DNA from: Myxococcota bacterium
GTDB lineage: Bacteria > Myxococcota_A > SURF-8
Length of the DNA stretch: 64,000 nucleotides
Assembly (NCBI GenBank): GCA_963674735.2
Contig: CAXXQS010000001.1
Coordinates: 320,001 to 384,000, forward strand
Direction: 5' to 3'
The notes under the pieces were generated by a model. That model ran no database searches. It saw nothing but the letters and a program-made list of their open reading frames with translations, and had not been told where the DNA came from. This document shows, in pieces, positions 20,986-30,453 of this stretch; position 1 is the stretch's first letter; each line of letters begins with the position of its first letter. A program made the translations under genes and the position numbers.

Positions 20986-21451
20986 TTCTCGGCCCTATCG
21001 CCGCAATGTCGCTATGATCGTCGTCGATCAGCGGGGGCGCGTGTTGGTGGGCGAACGCGCCAACCTCACGGGTGTCTGGCAGCTACCCCAGGGTGGGGTG
21101 GATGACGGCGAGGATGAAGAAACGGCGATGTGGCGAGAATTGCGGGAAGAAATCGGCACCGCCGACGCGCGTCTGCTGGCTCGCTCGAACGAGGTCTATC
21201 GTTACGATTTCCCCGACTGGCTCAAGCACGCTCCCATTGCGCAGAGCTATCGCGGACAGGAACAACGCTATTTCGTTGTGCGCTTGAATCCGGGAGTGGA
21301 GCCGCAACTCGATCGGGCCGATGAGGAATTTACCGCGTTCAATTGGATCACACCGAGTGAACTTTTAGATCAGATCGTGCCTTTCAAACGCGAGGTATAT
21401 CGGCGGGCTTTTGCCGAACTCGCGTCCTGGCTGCGTCCCGACGACGACTAG
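20969..21451 (+). CDS. rppH: RNA pyrophosphohydrolase-like Nudix hydrolase
   Basis: YRRNV, WQLPQGGVDDGE...WRELREEIG Nudix box, YRGQEQRYF, IVPFKREVY. Confidence 0.8.
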   Translation: MTTVPDSRPYRRNVAMIVVDQRGRVLVGERANLTGVWQLPQGGVDDGEDEETAMWRELREEIGTADARLLARSNEVYRYDFPDWLKHAPIAQSYRGQEQRYFVVRLNPGVEPQLDRADEEFTAFNWITPSELLDQIVPFKREVYRRAFAELASWLRPDDD

Positions 21452-21524
21452 CCGGTGAAGTGGCGCGAGTGGACCAGCCTTCTAGCAGGAGAAGCCCTTT
21501 TGTGGCTTCGGAAGTAATAGGAAC

Positions 21525-23891
21525 ATGATGACGATTCGCCAACGCGTGGCCATTTTGGCTGTTTTCTCGATGAGTATTCTGGCCAGCGAAATCGCTTTGA
21601 CGCGCTTGTTCAGCGTTATTTTCTGGTACCATTTTGGGTTTCTCATCCTTTCCACCGCGCTTTTGGGCTTTGGTCTGGGTGGGTTGCTGGTTTCGACTTT
21701 CAAGTCACGTCTGGCCGATTTCGATCCCGACCGCGTTATCCTGTGGGGCGTCGGCGCCAGTGGCGTTCTGCTGGTTTTCGCGTTGTATCTGGTGACGCAC
21801 AACAAATTCTCGCCGCTGTTCGTTCAGGATAGCGCGCAGGAATCGGCTAAACTGATCTTGGCGACCTTGGCTTTCTTGGTTCCTTTCACCGCCATGGGGG
21901 CGACGGTTCTGTTTACTTTGCAGAGTTGGCCGCAACAGGTGGGCAAGCTTTACGCCGCTAACCTGCTGGGCTCGGCGCTTGGCTGTCTGGCCGCGTTGGG
22001 GGTCATGGAACTGGCCGGAGGGTTGTGGGCCTATCTTCTGCTGGCGGCTTTGATGCCGATTTTAGCCTTCGTTGCGTCCTGGAAGCTGTGGCGGCGCGAT
22101 GCGTTTGTCTTCGCTGCGCTTGGATTGGCTTTGCTGCTGGTGCTGCCTGCGATGGAGCACCTGTTTCCCATGAACAGCCCTTCGGACAAACCGGCCGCCT
22201 GGGCGCGCAACAAGGAATTGGTGTTCACCGACTGGACCAGCTTGTCGAAGGTCGATATTTACGCCGAGCAGGAACTGCATGCCAGCGGCTACGGCCTTTG
22301 GGGTCTTTCCCTTAAAAACACCGCGCCGTTACCCGAACGGCTCGCCGTTCTGATCGACCACTGGGCCTATACGACCATCATCCGCGACAAGCCGGACTCC
22401 GGTTACTATGACTTCTATGATGCCTTGCCCATGTATCTGGCCTACAAAATCAAGCCTAAGGCGGAAGCTCTGGTCATGGGCTCGGGCGGCGGAATGGATA
22501 TTCGCGGCGCCCTCCACTATGGGGCGCGGCATGTGGATGCGGTCGAAATCAATCCCTCCATCGTGCGTGCCATGCGCACGGACCTGGAGGATTATTCCGG
22601 CGGCGTTTATACCGATTCGCGTGTGACAAGTTATTTGGCCGAGGGGCGTCACTTCGTCGAAACGATGGAAAAACAGTACGATATCGTCCAGTTGTCGGGA
22701 GTCGATACCTATAGCTCTACCCAGGCGGGCGCGTTTGCGCTATCCGAGAATTATTTGTACACGGTGGAGGCGGTAACGCGTTACCTGGACCTCATGAAAG
22801 ATGACGGCGTTCTGACGCTGACTCGTTGGTATTCGCCGGGCAAAAACGGACACCCCCGTTTTTCCATGCGCTTGTTCACCCTGATCGTCGACAGTCTGGC
22901 TCAGGTGGGAGTGACCGATGCGGCGCGAAACGTGGTGTTTTTACGATCCGGCACCTTCACGGTGATTCTGGCTAAAAAGCAACCGTTCACCGAAAAGGAA
23001 CTGCTGCGCCTCGAATCCGATGTCGGGCGTTGGGGGTATTTGTTTCTTTATCATCCCGAAATCAAGAATGACGATTCGCTATACTTCGATGAGTACATAA
23101 ATAGTTCAGATCGGCAGGCTTGGCTGGAGGCCTATCCCTTTAATGTCGCCGCTCCGACAGACGACAACCCGTTTTTCTTCGAGCATCGCAAGTTCTCGAA
23201 AATACACCATTTCCAGTCTTTTTTGCCGGGTCTTACCGAGGGCCTGGACGGTCAGACGATTTTGGTGCTGTTGTTGCTCGAACTGCTGCTGGTTGCCGGG
23301 GTAATGCTGGTTATCTCGTTTCGCCTCGCGCCTCCCCGGCGTCGCTTGAGTGGGGGCTTGCGTTGGCTGTATTTCGTCCTGATCGGGCTTGGCTTCATGT
23401 TCGTCGAAATCGGTTTGAGCCAGCAGCTTATCTTGTTTCTCGGGCACCCGGTTTATGCGCTGAGCGTGGTGATTTTCGGCGTTCTGCTCTTTTCCGGGTT
23501 GGGCGCGTTAGCTGCGCCGCAGTTGGCCCGACGCATTCCGATTCCGCCGGTTCTGGCGCTCGGTGCGGGGTTGATCCTTGTTATGAGCCATGGATTGATA
23601 CCGCAACTGGCTTCGCTGATGCAATGGGGGCAGGTGTTGCGCATGCTGGTGGTCGTTCTGATGATGGCTCCGATCGCCTTCATCATGGGGTTGGCTTTTC
23701 CCGAGGCGATTCGACGCTTGACGGCGCAAGGGATCCGGGATTTCGGTGTGGAATGGGCTTGGAATGGTCTGGGTTCGGTGGCGGCATCGGTTTTAGCCGT
23801 TATGGTGGCCGTTTCCATCGGTTTTTCCGTTGTGTTTACGTTGGCCGCTATTTGTTATGTTCTGGCGGCGATTCTTTTGGTGCGTCTCTAA
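21525..23891 (+). CDS. Multi-TM protein with a central spermidine-synthase-like SAM-binding domain
   Basis: TM blocks on both sides of LVMGSGGGMD, VEINP, EGRHF, ENYLYTVE, TDDNPFF. Confidence 0.8.
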   Translation: MMTIRQRVAILAVFSMSILASEIALTRLFSVIFWYHFGFLILSTALLGFGLGGLLVSTFKSRLADFDPDRVILWGVGASGVLLVFALYLVTHNKFSPLFVQDSAQESAKLILATLAFLVPFTAMGATVLFTLQSWPQQVGKLYAANLLGSALGCLAALGVMELAGGLWAYLLLAALMPILAFVASWKLWRRDAFVFAALGLALLLVLPAMEHLFPMNSPSDKPAAWARNKELVFTDWTSLSKVDIYAEQELHASGYGLWGLSLKNTAPLPERLAVLIDHWAYTTIIRDKPDSGYYDFYDALPMYLAYKIKPKAEALVMGSGGGMDIRGALHYGARHVDAVEINPSIVRAMRTDLEDYSGGVYTDSRVTSYLAEGRHFVETMEKQYDIVQLSGVDTYSSTQAGAFALSENYLYTVEAVTRYLDLMKDDGVLTLTRWYSPGKNGHPRFSMRLFTLIVDSLAQVGVTDAARNVVFLRSGTFTVILAKKQPFTEKELLRLESDVGRWGYLFLYHPEIKNDDSLYFDEYINSSDRQAWLEAYPFNVAAPTDDNPFFFEHRKFSKIHHFQSFLPGLTEGLDGQTILVLLLLELLLVAGVMLVISFRLAPPRRRLSGGLRWLYFVLIGLGFMFVEIGLSQQLILFLGHPVYALSVVIFGVLLFSGLGALAAPQLARRIPIPPVLALGAGLILVMSHGLIPQLASLMQWGQVLRMLVVVLMMAPIAFIMGLAFPEAIRRLTAQGIRDFGVEWAWNGLGSVAASVLAVMVAVSIGFSVVFTLAAICYVLAAILLVRL

Positions 23892-23938
23892 GGGCTTCCG
23901 GTTTCCCAAATACGCACACTCCTCTCCGATATGTTCAC

Positions 23939-24115
23939 GGCGTTTCAATTCTAAGCTTTTCACCGTTTTCCACCTACTATAATTCGGCTTAGGGGGTGCC
24001 ATGGGCCAAGCCTTTGGCTTGCCCATGCTGTTTTCACGGGCAAACCTGACGGTTTAGCCCGTGCCACCCATCACCAATCGAAGATTATTCGAGACTCAAT
24101 CAGAATTGAATCGCC
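23939..24115 (-). mobile_element. 177-bp MITE-like element with 14-bp terminal inverted repeats, 15-bp flanking direct repeat and internal REP doublet (copy B)
   Basis: Ends GGCGTTTCAATTCT / AGAATTGAATCGCC (1 mismatch); CTCCGATATGTTCAC repeated at 23924-23938 and 24116-24130. Confidence 0.8.
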
Positions 24116-24237
24116 CTCCGATATGTTCACTTCGATTGCATTTTCAGCCTGGAAATGCTAAAAATAAACAATACGTAACGAGTGAGTGGGACGGATGTTC
24201 AACCGATATCGGGTGTACGACTCCGGAGGAGGCGGGT

Positions 24238-24474
24238 TTGGTGTTCAGGAATGTCTTGAAACAGCCTGAATGGTGGGTCTCGTTTCTGGTCATTGCTTTG
24301 ATCTTCTTTTCATGGCCTTTCCTTTCCAGCGCCGGGTCTTCGTCTGATTGGTACCTCTTTCTGTTTCTAAACGGGATATGGGTCGTGACTATCGGGATTC
24401 TTTATCTCTTGGGGCGGGTTTTAGGGAAACACCGCCAGCGAGAGACCGGTCGACAATCCATGGCGGGGGATTAG
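24238..24474 (+). CDS. Small two-TM membrane protein upstream of the symporter-kinase
   Basis: GGAGGAGG RBS then TTG/GTG; two hydrophobic helices; ends 6 bp before the next gene. Confidence 0.65.
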   Translation: MVFRNVLKQPEWWVSFLVIALIFFSWPFLSSAGSSSDWYLFLFLNGIWVVTIGILYLLGRVLGKHRQRETGRQSMAGD

Positions 24475-24480
24475 ACGCCC

Positions 24481-27400
24481 ATGTTTCAAGCTCCCACCGT
24501 TATTGTCTTACTGTGTGTGTATTTGCTGCTTCTATTCGTGGTGGCGTTGTGGGTGGAAAAACGGAGCCGTTTTGGGCAACGTCTGATTTCTTCTCCGCTT
24601 GTCTACACCCTCTCCCTGGCTGTTTACCTGACATCCTGGACCTACTACGGAAGCGTCGGAAATGCCGTCAACTTCGGCATTATGTTTATGACGTTCTATA
24701 TCGGGCCTACGCTGGCGATGATTTTCGCCTGGCCGCTGATGCGACGGATGATCCGCATTAAAAACAAGTACCGTATCACGAGCATTTCCGATTTCATTTC
24801 GGCCCGTTACGGACGCTCCCAGTCGATTGCGGCTCTCGTGACCGTTATGGCGATTATCGGGATCATGCCGTACACAGCCCTGCAACTCAAGGCCATTATC
24901 AGCTCGTCCAGTGTGATTATCGGCCAGCACGATCCCCACCAAGTCTGGATGGCCGAACATATCGGTCCGATCGTGGTGTTGATCATGATCGTGTTTACGG
25001 TGATTATCGGTGCGCGGCGGCTCGATCCCACCGAACGACACCAGGGGATGGTACTGGTTGTGGCGCTCGAATCCATCATCAAGCTGGGCGCCATGCTGGC
25101 GGTCGGGCTGTTCGTGGTGTTCGGAATCTACGATGGATTTTTCGATATTTTCGAGCGTCTGGCCGACAGCCCGTATGCCGGTTTTTTGCAGATTCATGAA
25201 GACAACAACAATACCGTGTTTACCTGGCTCTCATGGATTCTGATGTCGGCCACGGCCTTTTTGTTTTTGCCTCGTCAATTTCATATCGGGGTGGTGGAAA
25301 ATTCCGACGAGCGCCATGTCCTGACCAGCATGTGGCTGATTCCCGTATATATGCTGTTGATGACGATCTTCATCGCTCCTTTGGCGGCGGCGGGTTTGCT
25401 GAACGGGTTACCCGTGGCGCAGGCCGATACCTTCGTTCTGCGTCTGCCGATGCTATACGCCAAACCCGTTCTGGCGATGGGGGTTTTTATCGGCGGGCTT
25501 TCCGCCGCCACCGGGATGATCATGATCGGTACGATGACGTTGGCGACCATGATTGCCAATCACCTGGTTTTGCCGCTGATCAACATGGTTCCCCTGCTTG
25601 CGGGCGGACGGCGTATTTTATTGCAGATTCGTTGGCTGGCTGTCGCGGGCGTTATCTTGATGGGCTACTGGTTTGAGAAAAGCATCGGCGAATCGGTTTT
25701 ATTGGTCAGCATGGGGAAATTGTCTTTCAGTGCGACCCTTCAATTCGCACCCGCCATTTTGATCGGGATTTTTTATCGTAGAGGGAATTCCATCGGTGCA
25801 TTCTCGGGGCTTCTCGCCGGCTTTGTGGTGTGGATCTATACGATGCTGATCCCGAGCTTCATTCAAAGTGGGTGGCTTGATGCCGATCTTTTGACCGCCG
25901 GACTCTGGGGATTGTCCTGGTTGCGTCCCGAACAGCTTTTCGGACTCATGGCTCTCGACCCGGTGAGCCATTCCATTTTTTGGAGCTTGCTGTTCAATGT
26001 CGGGTTTTATCTGCTTGGCTCGGCCATATACGAACTGGAGCCTTCCGAGCAGGCGCGCATGGACGAATTTACCGGTGATTTGAGTGGGAACAGCGAACTC
26101 TGGCATGGGGAAAGTGGGCAGGCCGATATCATACTCGATGAAAAAACGGCCATCATCGAGTCTCTTTTCGAGCCTTATTTGGGCAATGTAAGGGCTGAAT
26201 CCTTGACGCGGATGTGTGTTGAAAAAGCCGCGTTGCAAGACCGCAGTATCATTACCATCGCGGAACTGGCGGAGCTTTTCGAGGAGGTGCGTCGCAATTT
26301 GTCGGGGTTTATCGGGGCTGCAACGGCCCAGCATGTGATTAGCAAAGCGGGACTGTTCTCGAAGATCGAGTCGGAATCGCTTTCAAAGGAATACGGGCGT
26401 ATTCTGGCCGAACTGAACGTGCCGATGTCGGAGTTGAAAGGCAAAATCGACTACTACAAAGAGCGCAACGAGCTTTTGACGCATCATGCGGAAGAACTGG
26501 AAAAGCGTATTTACGAACGCGAAAAGGAAATCGTCGAGCGTAAGCGGGCGGAGGAGGCCTATTACAAGCAGATGGTTTTCAGTACCAATCTGGTGCAGGC
26601 TTCACCGGCTTTCTTCGTTGCGGTGGACACCAAGGGCGCGGTTATTATGATGAATCGCGCCATGTTGCAGGCCACCGGCTATACGTCTGGAGAAGTGGTG
26701 AAAACGCCTTATATCGATCAGTTCATTCCGCGTAGCGATCGAGCCTCGGTGGAAAAAGTTTTCGATAAGATGGCGACTTCGATCGAACCGATCGGGTTTG
26801 AAAGCGGCTTAAAAGCGAAGGACGGAAAAGAACTGTTGGTGGAATGGCACGGTCGACCGGTGTATGATGCCAAGGAACGACTGGATTTTCTCTTCGCTCT
26901 GGGAATCGATGTCACCCTGAAACGGGTGGCGGAGAACGAAAAACAGGCGCTGGAAGGGCAGTTGCGGCAACAGCAGAAGCTCGAATCCATCGGGACGCTG
27001 GCCAGTGGCGTCGCCCACGAGATCAACAACCCCATCAATGTCATTATGAACTATGGTCAATTGATTTCAGATCGCCCGGGGGTGCCCGAGGAAGAACGCG
27101 GGTTTGCCCGTGAGGTCGTCAACGAAAGCGAACGAGTGGCCATGATCGTTCGGAATCTGCTGGCTTTTTCGCGTCAGGAAGCCGAAATTCAAAGCCCGCA
27201 GAACCTGGAGGAGATCGTTTCGGCGACCTTGTCTCTGGTCCGTACCGTCATTCGCAAAGACCACATCGAATTGAAAACCGTCATCCCCAGCGGATTGCCG
27301 CGTGTACATTGCCGTAGCCAGCAGATTCAGCAGGTTTTGATGAACCTGCTCACCAACGCACGGGATGCCCTGAATCAAAAGTATGCGAAGTTCGACCCGA

Positions 27401-27684
27401 ACAAAATCATTCGTATCTCCGCCGAGCGCATCGGTTCGGATACGGAACCCTGGGTGCGGATTTGCGTGGAGGATTACGGGATTGGAATGACCAGCGAGCA
27501 GATGACGCGTATCTTCGATCCTTTCTACACAACCAAGCCGCGTGGAATCGGCACGGGGCTGGGGTTGTCGGTCAGCCACGGCATCATCAAGGAACATGGC
27601 GGCCGCTTCTGGGTGCAAAGCGAGCCCGGCGAGTATTCTCGCTTTTACATCGAATTGAAAACCGAATTGAGCAAGGACGTTTAG
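24481..27684 (+). CDS. Sodium:solute symporter-fused sensor histidine kinase (CrbS/CbrA type)
   Basis: YTLSLAVYLTSWTYYGSVG, ITSISDFISARYG, LPRQFH, STAC-like linker (LSGFIGAATAQ), PAS, GVAHEINNP, FDPFYTTK. Confidence 0.92.
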   Translation: MFQAPTVIVLLCVYLLLLFVVALWVEKRSRFGQRLISSPLVYTLSLAVYLTSWTYYGSVGNAVNFGIMFMTFYIGPTLAMIFAWPLMRRMIRIKNKYRITSISDFISARYGRSQSIAALVTVMAIIGIMPYTALQLKAIISSSSVIIGQHDPHQVWMAEHIGPIVVLIMIVFTVIIGARRLDPTERHQGMVLVVALESIIKLGAMLAVGLFVVFGIYDGFFDIFERLADSPYAGFLQIHEDNNNTVFTWLSWILMSATAFLFLPRQFHIGVVENSDERHVLTSMWLIPVYMLLMTIFIAPLAAAGLLNGLPVAQADTFVLRLPMLYAKPVLAMGVFIGGLSAATGMIMIGTMTLATMIANHLVLPLINMVPLLAGGRRILLQIRWLAVAGVILMGYWFEKSIGESVLLVSMGKLSFSATLQFAPAILIGIFYRRGNSIGAFSGLLAGFVVWIYTMLIPSFIQSGWLDADLLTAGLWGLSWLRPEQLFGLMALDPVSHSIFWSLLFNVGFYLLGSAIYELEPSEQARMDEFTGDLSGNSELWHGESGQADIILDEKTAIIESLFEPYLGNVRAESLTRMCVEKAALQDRSIITIAELAELFEEVRRNLSGFIGAATAQHVISKAGLFSKIESESLSKEYGRILAELNVPMSELKGKIDYYKERNELLTHHAEELEKRIYEREKEIVERKRAEEAYYKQMVFSTNLVQASPAFFVAVDTKGAVIMMNRAMLQATGYTSGEVVKTPYIDQFIPRSDRASVEKVFDKMATSIEPIGFESGLKAKDGKELLVEWHGRPVYDAKERLDFLFALGIDVTLKRVAENEKQALEGQLRQQQKLESIGTLASGVAHEINNPINVIMNYGQLISDRPGVPEEERGFAREVVNESERVAMIVRNLLAFSRQEAEIQSPQNLEEIVSATLSLVRTVIRKDHIELKTVIPSGLPRVHCRSQQIQQVLMNLLTNARDALNQKYAKFDPNKIIRISAERIGSDTEPWVRICVEDYGIGMTSEQMTRIFDPFYTTKPRGIGTGLGLSVSHGIIKEHGGRFWVQSEPGEYSRFYIELKTELSKDV

Positions 27685-27709
27685 ATTTGCTGGCGAAGGG
27701 GAATACCGC

Positions 27710-28393
27710 TCATTCCTTAAAGCGATAGCCGATCCCGCGCACGGTTTCGATGAGGGATCCGGCGTTACGCAGTTTTTTACGCAACCCCACCACCTGTACG
27801 TCGACGGATCGCTCGGTCACCGGGTAGTTTTTGCCTTTCACTGCTTCGATGATCTGGTTGCGCGTGAATACCCAACCGGGATGCTCGGCAAGAAACTGCA
27901 GGATGTTGAACTCGGTGGCCGTCAACTGGGAGGACTGTTGGTCGGCCGTCACCGTATAGCGGACCGGATCTATTTCGATATCGTGCACCTTCAGGACGGA
28001 CGGCTGCGAAGGGCTGCCGCGGTGTTCGCGCCGGAGGGCGGCTCGCAAGCGGGCGATGAGAACGCGCGGGCTGAACGGCTTGGTGACGTAATCGTCCGCT
28101 CCCAGTTCGAGGCCGGTTACGATGTCGACCTCTTCCCCTTTGGCGGTCAGCATGACAATCGGGATGTGCGAGGTTCGAGGCGCGGATTTGAGTTGGCGGC
28201 ATACCTCGAACCCGTCTACATCCGGTAGCATGAGGTCGAGCAGGACCAGATCGGGCACGTGATCGCGGGCGACGGCCAGTGCGTTTTCACCGTTAAGCAC
28301 GCAGGTAACCCGGAAGCCCTCTTGCGACAGATTGAAAGCCAGCAATTCCAGAATATCCGGTTCATCGTCGACAATTAAAATGTGTTTGTGCAT
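27710..28393 (-). CDS. OmpR/PhoB family response regulator (PhoB/PhoP-like)
   Basis: LDLMLP, LELGADDYVTKPFSPR, winged helix LTATEF...RSVDVQVVGLRKKL...IETVRGIGYRF. Confidence 0.93.
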   Translation of the reverse strand: MHKHILIVDDEPDILELLAFNLSQEGFRVTCVLNGENALAVARDHVPDLVLLDLMLPDVDGFEVCRQLKSAPRTSHIPIVMLTAKGEEVDIVTGLELGADDYVTKPFSPRVLIARLRAALRREHRGSPSQPSVLKVHDIEIDPVRYTVTADQQSSQLTATEFNILQFLAEHPGWVFTRNQIIEAVKGKNYPVTERSVDVQVVGLRKKLRNAGSLIETVRGIGYRFKE

Positions 28394-28519
28394 TGCTTTC
28401 TTTCTCAGATATAAAGCACCTTACATCTGAATACAGAAGGCGTGTTAGAGGGTGATGAGTTGCGCGCTAGAACTGGATTGCGGCTAAATACCGGACTGAC
28501 AAGCAGGCACCGAATCTTT

Positions 28520-28548
28520 TTGACATTATCGGCCGCATTAACTAGACT
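28520..28548 (+). promoter_or_regulatory. Sigma70-type promoter of asnS
   Basis: TTGACA-17 bp-TAGACT. Confidence 0.7.
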
Positions 28549-28672
28549 TGGCGCATATTGAGGACGGATATGCAGCCGGTAAGAGGGTCATGGGTCCCAT
28601 TGCCATGCGGACTCGTCACTCGTTTTTTTTAAGCAACCGATACGGCACGATGAGTGGTAGCGGAGGAAGTGG

Positions 28673-29968
28673 ATGCAGCACGCGTACATCGAGGATATTG
28701 CGAAATTCGAAGGTCAGACGGTCGAATTAAGAGGATGGTTGTTCAATAAACGCAGTTCGAAAAAACTGGTGTTTTTACAGGTGCGCGACGGAACGGGCAT
28801 TATCCAGGCCGTCGTGTTCAAGCCTGAAGCCGGAGAAGAATTGTACAATCTCTGCGATCGCATGGGACAGGAAACGTCCATCATCGTGCAGGGTGAAGTG
28901 AAAAAAGACGAGCGCTCGCCCATCGGTTTCGAGCTGGGAGTCACGGACGTCAAAGTGGTGGCCGAACCGGTGGCGGAATATCCTATAACGCCGAAAGAGC
29001 ACGGCGTCGGATTTCTGATGGATCATCGGCACTTGTGGCTGCGTTCGAGCAAGCAAAACGCCATCATGCGCGTGCGCCATACGGTCATCGACGCCATTCG
29101 TTCCTTTTTCGACGAACGCGGTTTTACCAATCTCGATGCGCCGATCTTTACTCCGTCCTCCTGCGAGGGGACCAGCACTCTGTTTTCGACCAAATACTTC
29201 GATACCGAGGCCTACCTCACGCAGTCGGGCCAGTTGTACATGGAAGCAGGAGCGGCGGCTTTGGGCAAGGTCTATTGTTTCGGACCGACTTTCCGCGCCG
29301 AGAAATCGAAAACACGCCGTCATCTGACGGAATTCTGGATGCTGGAGCCGGAAGTCGCCTATCTGGATCTCGACGGCGACATGGAACTGGCCGAGGATCT
29401 GATTTGCTATATCGTCGAGCGGGTTCTGGAGCGTCGTCAGCCTGAATTGAAAACTTTGGAACGCGACATCGAGAAGCTGAAGAAAATCACCAAACCGTTC
29501 ATTCGCATCAGCTATGACGACGCAGTGGCCAAGCTCAAGGAATTGGGTTCGGATATCGAATATGGGGATGACTTCGGGGGCGATGACGAGACGATTTTGA
29601 CACAGGCTTTCGAAAAACCCTTGATGGTGCATCGCTATCCGGCGGATGTGAAGGCCTTCTACATGAAACGCGATCCTGAAGATCCCAGCAAGGCCTTGTG
29701 CGTGGACGTTCTGGCGTCTGAGGGCGTAGGCGAGATCATCGGCGGCAGCGTGCGCGAAGACGATTACGAAACGTTGCTGGCCTCGATCCGCAAGCACAAA
29801 TTGTCGGAAGCGGATCTGGCCTGGTATCTCGATCTGCGGCGCTACGGTTCTTTCCCGCACGCCGGTTTCGGTTTGGGCCTGGAACGAACGGTCGGGTGGA
29901 TCTGCGGAACGCATCACGTGCGCGAATGCATCCCGTTCCCGCGTATGCTGGAGCGATTGTACCCCTGA
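28673..29968 (+). CDS. asnS: Asparagine--tRNA ligase
   Basis: OB fold (LRGWL...RDGTG), [49 protein letters not shown]. Confidence 0.96.
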   Translation: MQHAYIEDIAKFEGQTVELRGWLFNKRSSKKLVFLQVRDGTGIIQAVVFKPEAGEELYNLCDRMGQETSIIVQGEVKKDERSPIGFELGVTDVKVVAEPVAEYPITPKEHGVGFLMDHRHLWLRSSKQNAIMRVRHTVIDAIRSFFDERGFTNLDAPIFTPSSCEGTSTLFSTKYFDTEAYLTQSGQLYMEAGAAALGKVYCFGPTFRAEKSKTRRHLTEFWMLEPEVAYLDLDGDMELAEDLICYIVERVLERRQPELKTLERDIEKLKKITKPFIRISYDDAVAKLKELGSDIEYGDDFGGDDETILTQAFEKPLMVHRYPADVKAFYMKRDPEDPSKALCVDVLASEGVGEIIGGSVREDDYETLLASIRKHKLSEADLAWYLDLRRYGSFPHAGFGLGLERTVGWICGTHHVRECIPFPRMLERLYP

Positions 29969-30381
29969 TGGGCGGCATGGACGAACAGACGCTTTATACC
30001 ATTGCGGCTTTGGCGGCTTTGATCGTTTTGTTGCTGGTTTGGCGACGTTTGCGCAATCCGACCGATCATTTCATCGAATTGGATGATGACGACGGATCGG
30101 GTGGGCGCAATCCCAAGGACGTTAAGGGAGTGGCGACGGCGAAACTCGATAAGCGCCCGGTGGCGAATACGGGCAAACGCAAGAAGGTGATGCGGGTTAG
30201 TGAAGGTTGCGATCATCACTTTGAAATTACCGGGATTCCCGCCGATAAGATGGGCACACATGTGAACGTGCAGTGCCGAAAATGCGGAACGAACGGGACG
30301 ATTACCGTGGAGGAAAGTGAAGCGTTGCTACGCCAGCGTGATGATGTCCGCCAGGCGGTCCGGCGGGCGCGTGGCGACTGA
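29968..30381 (+). CDS. Small membrane-anchored protein with a possible zinc ribbon
   Basis: TGATG overlap with asnS; N-terminal TM; CDHH...CRKC. Confidence 0.6.
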   Translation: MGGMDEQTLYTIAALAALIVLLLVWRRLRNPTDHFIELDDDDGSGGRNPKDVKGVATAKLDKRPVANTGKRKKVMRVSEGCDHHFEITGIPADKMGTHVNVQCRKCGTNGTITVEESEALLRQRDDVRQAVRRARGD

Positions 30382-30453
30382 GCGCCATGCGCCATAATAT
30401 GGCTGAATCCTCCGTTGAAGACTTGAATGGTTGTGATGTAGTGAGAGGCGAAT

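Noticed and set aside
24061-24237. N-terminal extension of ORF 24061-24474, and ORFs 2691-2975 and 59131-59370
   Set aside because: They start inside the repeat element; the real RBS lies at about 24225
28394-28500. Pho box upstream of the PhoB-like gene
   Set aside because: No convincing 11-bp-period direct repeat
28549-28672. T-box riboswitch or SRP RNA upstream of asnS
   Set aside because: No T-box consensus or SRP GGAA-loop motif, and the leader is too short for a T-box
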